64,000 nt of DNA from Ruditapes philippinarum (taxonomy: Eukaryota), in the NCBI RefSeq assembly GCF_026571515.1, contig NW_026864381.1, positions 124,001 through 188,000 of the forward strand, read 5' to 3'. This document shows positions 59,101-64,000 of the stretch, in pieces (the stretch's first letter is position 1; each line of letters starts with the position of its first letter). The translations under genes and the position numbers were made by a program. Under the pieces are notes generated by a model. It was not told where the DNA came from and ran no database searches. It saw only the letters and a list, made by a program, of their open reading frames with translations.

Positions 59101-62100
59101 TTACTATTTTTGTTTGTTTTGGGTTTTTTTAATAACTTATATGTTACATCTATCCTTATTTTGTATTTCATCGAGTAGAGAAAATGAAGGTATTTGTTTT
59201 TTTTTTTAATTTTCATAGACAATAGACAGAAACTTTTTACTATTCCTTTTCCTGGAAATTAAAGATCAGTTACTGACTTTATTATTGAAATGACAAAAAG
59301 AAGAGGAAATAAAATAAAACAACAACACCCATAATATTATGACAATTTGAACTTGTTAACTATATAAGAAGTGTCAAGTACAACATTAATACTGTGAATA
59401 GTAAGACTAGGTAAGTACCACCACACAATATATATATTATATATTTATAGAAAAATCTGCAAAATTTGATGCAAGACTGTCAAAATAATTTTAAGTTTGA
59501 AAAAGACTCTGGGAAAAAAAACAAAAAAATTTTTGGTACTAAAATCAAAGTCTAAAACCATATGAAAGTGTTTAAAATTATTTCTGAATGACAGTAGTAT
59601 AAATAAATCATAGTAAAATTTTTAAAAAATATACTTTCTCATTAAAATTCTTAAGTTATGTGAAATTGTATTTTTGCTTTTTTAATTCTGATCAACAAAG
59701 GATGTTGCACTTTAAAATATAAAAAAAACCTAAAATGTTCTTCAATCAAATTTTGCACCCACAATTATTATTTTGAAATGAGATTTTAAATGAACGCTTA
59801 CATTTGCTGGATCCCGTCTCTCCTTACACAGATATAAGGCATGTCCTCGTAATACAGCCCAGACCGGGCGCCAAGACCTGTCACTGGCTCTCTGTAATAC
59901 AAATTTTAGAGTTTAATGACATCATGGGAACACCATCTAAATACTTCTCAAAATATTCTAAGACATAGCAATTCCTTCTAGCAGTACCCTCAAAATTTTA
60001 TAAAAATCTGTGTTGAAAATTAATTTTATTATTGACAAAAATGAATAAAGGTGTGTGTTAAATCTTTAATATTTTAAGCATAAACATTGCATGGATATTT
60101 TTTATATTTACTCATAGATTGCTTTCAGCAACAGATTATACCCATGCCCTAGATTAGCTTGCACATCTGTGCCCAGACTGACAGAGGGACAAGTCATGCT
60201 AAGATATTAGCATTGATAAGGGTAAATGCAAAGAATTTTAATCAATAAATATGAATTTCATAACAGTTACCGTTTATATTGTTTATGAAAATGACATTTC
60301 GATTATCTAGTGAACTGGGCTAGGTTTTCATAAAAATGTCATTGAATTAAAACTTGTAGATTTGTTTCCCTGCTCTCTATTTCCTAGTGTTTCGTTTTAG
60401 TACTAGGGTTAGAGGGAAGTCTAAATCATATACAAGCATTTTTTCCCCGGCTTAATTCTTATTCAGTGCTATACTTTTCAGTTAGGGGCAAATCATATAA
60501 TTGTGCTGTCCAATGTATACATTTTATAGATTAGATGTACTTGCATTTGTTTATCTATATTCTGTCTTGTAATGTATATATCACATTTGTATACTTGTTT
60601 TGTCTGTAGTTATTTAAAAACTGGTTGTGTAATTGTCGTTCAAATCTTCATGTATTATGGAGGATAATAAATAAATAATAACCTTTATGATTTAATAAAA
60701 TATTAGAAGACATTATCTTTTGTTAGGAAAGGGGATATGTATCAAACTTATATTAGAAGAAGAAACCAGGAGCAGACTTTCCACTGTGGCACAACAAAGC
60801 ACAACACAAAAAGAAAGATTGCCTTGATGTAAACTACTTGAGTATGAGTGAGCCAGGTAAAAACAATAAAATCATTGCCAATATGTAGGCCTTATATGCA
60901 TGTTTCCATATACTTATTTATTAACTTTTATTAATAGTCTATGTGTGAGAGATACACAGTGCTGGCACCTGGCCTCGTGTTCACAAAGATTTAAGGATCA
61001 GGATCAAGATCAGGATCAAATTTAAAAACTCAAATATTCTGCATTATGATCCTCATATATTAAATATTCAGTATCAACTTGGTAAAAACTGGACTTGAAA
61101 TAGCATGTTTATAAAAATTTTAGAGTAAATTTATTGTTATTTTTACAAGATATGGGCATTTTACAGTTGATCCAAATTTTGATCTTGATCCTATTATTGA
61201 TCCTCATTTTGATCCGATTATTTTTGTATTTGTTTTGTTATTTGTAGATTTTATCCCATAATAGGTTGGTTTCTTTGCAAATAAGCAATTATTTATATTT
61301 TAAATATGTACCATTTAATTCTAGCATAATAGGATCAGTTTTAGTTTGATAAAACAATGAAAATAAAATCAGGATCATCTTATCCTGATCCTGATCTTTT
61401 CTTTGTGAACACGGGGCCTGGGTTAAACCACTGACTTGTGATAGCTGAAACAACATTAATTCACTTTGATCTGTGAGATATTGTTGAAATATCTTACCTT
61501 GCCATCCAACATATCAACTTTTACACCCAAACTTCCCTCTTTTGTAACTTGCTGTATAGGGCTGGCAGGATCAGGTATACGTCTCTCTGTTGCTTCAACA
61601 ATCTTTGGTGTCTTAATATATAAACAAAACAATGTTTATTCATGTATATAGTTCCCCCAAAATATCAAAAAAACTGAAAATGTCTACATGTCAGTGCAGT
61701 TATTCTGAAATATGTGCCTTACTCCTTACTATAATTTATTAATTATTCAACAATGTAGGGCTTCTCAACCCATGGATTGTGAGTTTGAACCTTACTTGTG
61801 TCACCACCATGATTTCTGATACGACACCAAATTACATGTCAGCTCCAGGAAGCGGTCTAGCTTATGATTTATATAAGTTACATATATATGTTTCACAATC
61901 AAGTTTAAATGAATATGTTTAATCATTTAATAAGCATTGAAGAATGGTTGTATATACAAAAGAATTCCTCAGAAAAAAAATCAATAATACTAATTGGCTA
62001 GTCCATTGCTCTGATCATTAGGCACACTGATAATGAGCAAATCACTCCACATTAAATACAAATACATGCATTACACTGTTGATTTTTGTTCAAATCAAGT

Positions 62101-63101
62101 AACAATTTACAGACATCCAAGTGGATAGAAACCATCAATATCAAACTTTCTTCATGATTGCAACATAAAATAAATTCAATATCATATAGCTTTAAATAAC
62201 AGTAAAATCATTGTACTGATTTATATAAAACTGACCTTTTCTCCAAAGAAATCTTTCAGCTTCCTCATACTTTTGTGTTTACTAAGTGTGGCAGGGGTAC
62301 TGAAAGGTTAAATAGAATATAATAATTAAAGGAAGATAATGTCAACAACATACAAGGAGGACAAAGTGGATATTACAGTTATTGTTTTATTATAGTAAGT
62401 CATGTTTGTAACAATGATTTTCATTGGACAATAGTGGTGTTTATATTATTTTTCATCATCATTATAGAAAGCTACCATGCAGTTTTTTATGCATGTTCCC
62501 AATATTGACATCTGAGTCAAGAAATATGACTTTAACAGCATTTACTTAAACTTTACATAAATTGGTGATGTCAAGCTTGTTTTTTTTTATATGGAATGCT
62601 TTTACTATTTAGGTTCAAGGTTGACTTTCTAATTTCCACTTACAGAATAAAGAACCTAGTTGCTTCTCAAGGCATTATTTCAAACTTGAACTTTTTTTAT
62701 TAATTTCTCCATTAATATCAAATACTCTTTCTTGTGGGGACCTTGATATAGTGCTTGAAAGTCATGAGAAGACTGCTTTCCTCTATGTCTTTACCAGTAA
62801 TCACACCATCATAAAAGAGGATCTCTCCATTAGATGGGATTCAAACCAAAGAACATACATAGTCTAATGTTCACAGAACTTACATAGTCCCATGCTCTCC
62901 ACCTTCACTAGTCTCCAGTAATTACTGTAATAAATGACACTATAAGGTTTTCAAAAGAACATAAAAATTATTGTAAATCTTACTTTGGATCTAGAGGTAC
63001 AGAGACTGTTGGAGACATTTTAAGGCTTGATGCTGATCTGTCCGGAGCTGTTGCCATCAGATACGATGTTCTACGATGTAATTTTGTCTCAAAATCCTCT
63101 G
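47954..63101 (-). CDS. ARHGAP21: Rho GTPase-activating protein 21/23-like (PH + RhoGAP); the 5' part lies beyond the right edge of the window
   Basis: Minus-strand exons 62984-63101, 62236-62299, 61498-61611, 59802-59891, 56974-57177, 56308-56509, 55206-55372, 54705-54830, 52858-52966, 52264-52427, 51551-51676, 50589-50703, 47954-50139; phases close (about 1260 aa in window). PH domain ([17 protein letters not shown]; KRKNVFRM...[15 protein letters not shown]), arginine finger [43 protein letters not shown], and RRTSYLMAT and RRHTVGG motifs like those recalled for the ARHGAP21/23 family. The symbol denotes a co-ortholog of vertebrate ARHGAP21 and ARHGAP23. Confidence 0.92.
50589..50703 (-). 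CDS. ARHGAP21: RhoGAP gene exon (YEWFFGSW...)
   Basis: End of the GAP domain; canonical splice sites. Confidence 0.9.
51551..51676 (-). CDS. ARHGAP21: RhoGAP gene exon ([16 protein letters not shown]...)
   Basis: RhoGAP signature; canonical splice sites. Confidence 0.93.
52264..52427 (-). CDS. ARHGAP21: RhoGAP gene exon ([10 protein letters not shown]...GDINR)
   Basis: Frame of ORF 52231-52425; canonical splice sites. Confidence 0.93.
52562..52678 (-). mobile_element. Family A SINE head fragment
   Basis: Reverse complement of the 43070 head. Confidence 0.75.
52858..52966 (-). CDS. ARHGAP21: RhoGAP gene exon ([36 protein letters not shown])
   Basis: RhoGAP signature; canonical splice sites. 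Confidence 0.93.
53380..54635. repeat. 34-bp minisatellite, about 36-37 copies, in a RhoGAP intron
   Basis: Unit ACAGCCAAGATAGGAAAGCCAGTTAGGTGAACTT, head to tail, few variant positions. Confidence 0.97.
54705..54830 (-). CDS. ARHGAP21: RhoGAP gene exon carrying the arginine finger
   Basis: Reads [33 protein letters not shown]; AAG|GTAACT donor. Confidence 0.93.
55206..55372 (-). CDS. ARHGAP21: RhoGAP gene exon (…[16 protein letters not shown])
   Basis: FG-x-x-L start of the GAP domain; canonical splice sites. Confidence 0.88.
55572..55920 (+). mobile_element. Non-autonomous element with a long internal palindrome (possibly Crypton-derived)
   Basis: gttcaatactgaatttattgcacaagttgaataa ... 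gcgagcctctggcgagc ... ttattcaacaagtgcaataaattcagtattgaac; related copy at 19310-19660. Confidence 0.65.
56308..56509 (-). CDS. ARHGAP21: RhoGAP gene exon: PH-GAP linker
   Basis: ttacag acceptor, GTATAC donor, phase 0-1. Confidence 0.85.
56722..56915 (-). mobile_element. SINE fragment (third family)
   Basis: (TTTG)n tail; reverse B box gggatcgaaccc. Confidence 0.6.
56974..57177 (-). CDS. ARHGAP21: RhoGAP gene exon: C-terminal half of the PH domain
   Basis: Reads [27 protein letters not shown]...; CAGCAG tandem acceptor; GTGAGT donor. Confidence 0.92.
59027..59071 (-). CDS. Candidate 45-nt cassette exon inside the PH domain ([15 protein letters not shown])
   Basis: ctttttacag acceptor, CAG|GTGTGT donor, phase 0-0, no stop, GC-richer than its flanks. 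Confidence 0.5.
59802..59891 (-). CDS. ARHGAP21: RhoGAP gene exon: PH domain N-terminal strands
   Basis: Reads [30 protein letters not shown]. Confidence 0.92.
60972..61417. mobile_element. PIF/Harbinger-type MITE
   Basis: TIR gcctcgtgttcacaaag / ctttgtgaacacggggc; 3-bp TSD CTG; GGATCA subterminal repeats. Confidence 0.85.
61498..61611 (-). CDS. ARHGAP21: RhoGAP gene exon: start of the PH domain (VTKEGSL)
   Basis: Phase 0-0, GTAAGA donor. Confidence 0.87.
62236..62299 (-). CDS. ARHGAP21: RhoGAP gene exon ([12 protein letters not shown])
   Basis: ctttcag acceptor, GTCAGT donor, phase 2-0. Confidence 0.85.
62984..63101 (-). CDS. ARHGAP21: RhoGAP gene exon ([12 protein letters not shown])
   Basis: CAGCAG acceptor, GTAAGA donor, phase 1-2. 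Confidence 0.85.
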
Positions 63102-63208
63102 CTGAAACTTAAATTATCATTCCAGCATAAATATCTATTGTCAATACATCAACAGAAAAATTGACATGTTAGTTGCCATGAAAATGGGCTAGAACGATTA
63201 GAAATATT

Positions 63209-64000
63209 AACAAGAGCTGTCGGTAGGACAGCATGCTCGACTATTCTAAGTGCTTGATAGTAAAAGAGCCTTGATAATGTTAAATTTTTTAAGTTTACAA
63301 AAGGGCTAATTTTTTTTTATAAATTCATGTTTTAGGCCTTAGAGAGAGTCTTATTATACAGTATTGGCTTGACTATTCGGAAGGTATTGTCACAAGGGTG
63401 TTTTATTGAGTACTAGTATAATAATACTAATAACCTATGAATACATAAAAGGCTTGTTATCAAGATGTTTTATCAAGTAAATAACTGCTTTATTATTATG
63501 AATGCATAAAACTGTCCCAAAAAAGGCACAAACCCTTCAGTAGTTATTGAGATAACAGCTTACAAGCAAAACTTTACCATGAATTTCTAAGTTGAAAAAG
63601 GGGAGAAAAATCAGCCTAAATGCAAGATAGAATTATGGATCTTAGTCAGTGACCTATAATTATGACCCTAAATGCATAATTATGTGAAGTTTTAAATAAA
63701 TATCTTTAATAATTTTGAGATATGTAAAACATTAACCAAGAGACTAAGTAGAAAAGGGGATATGAATCAGCCTTAACGCAAGATAGAGTGGAACTTGGTC
63801 AGTGACATACAATTATGACCCTCCAATAAGTGCATGTGTCAAGTTTCAAGTAAATATCTTTAAAGACCTTTAACCTTTAACCAAAATTTCTAAGTTTCAA
63901 AGGGGCAAATAATTCTGCAAATATTGCAGACAGAGATATGCAATTTTGCAAACTGATGTACATTGTTACTATAAAAAAGTATTTTAAATTTCAATTGAAT
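63209..64000 (-). mobile_element. HINE related to 20607-21585, runs off the window
   Basis: 3' end aacaagagctgtcggtaggacagcatgctcgactattc in reverse orientation; degenerate core repeats. Confidence 0.75.

Noticed and set aside
60400-60680. Possible LINE 3' tail (also about 34370-34503)
   Set aside because: AATAAA plus a short simple-repeat tail is suggestive, but the coding remnant is too degraded to support a call.

Overview
AT-rich (about 30% GC) eukaryotic genomic DNA. The repeat landscape points to a bivalve mollusc, probably a venerid clam (inference). Three protein-coding genes are visible. (1) A short first coding exon on the minus strand (3493-3545, METDVPHVQVKFYTKQS) that is missing from the ORF track and resembles the N-terminus of WDR12/Ytm1. 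(2) Head-to-head with it, a complete 18-exon plus-strand gene (5283-37888, about 1415 aa; splice phases close). It encodes a Tyr/Gly/Asn-rich low-complexity N-terminus, three matrin/U1-type C2H2 zinc fingers (the third ZFR-like, but no DZF domain), an Arg/Asp/Tyr octapeptide repeat and a Ser/Gln/Pro-rich tail. (3) Convergent with gene 2, the 3' part of an ARHGAP21/23-type PH-RhoGAP gene (minus strand, 47954 to >63101, 13 exons plus a candidate 45-nt cassette exon). Introns and intergenic DNA are packed with non-autonomous mobile elements: Helentron-type HINEs carrying 145-175 bp tandem cores, tRNA-derived SINEs, Tc1/pogo, hAT, piggyBac, Kolobok and Harbinger MITEs, and LINE tails, with clear nesting. 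The most unusual observation is a 34-bp intronic minisatellite whose sense-strand unit is built from splice signals (GTAAGT donor, CTAAC branch point, pyrimidine tract, and a variant CAG acceptor). There is no CRISPR array or other prokaryotic system. All gene models were read by eye and lack transcript support.
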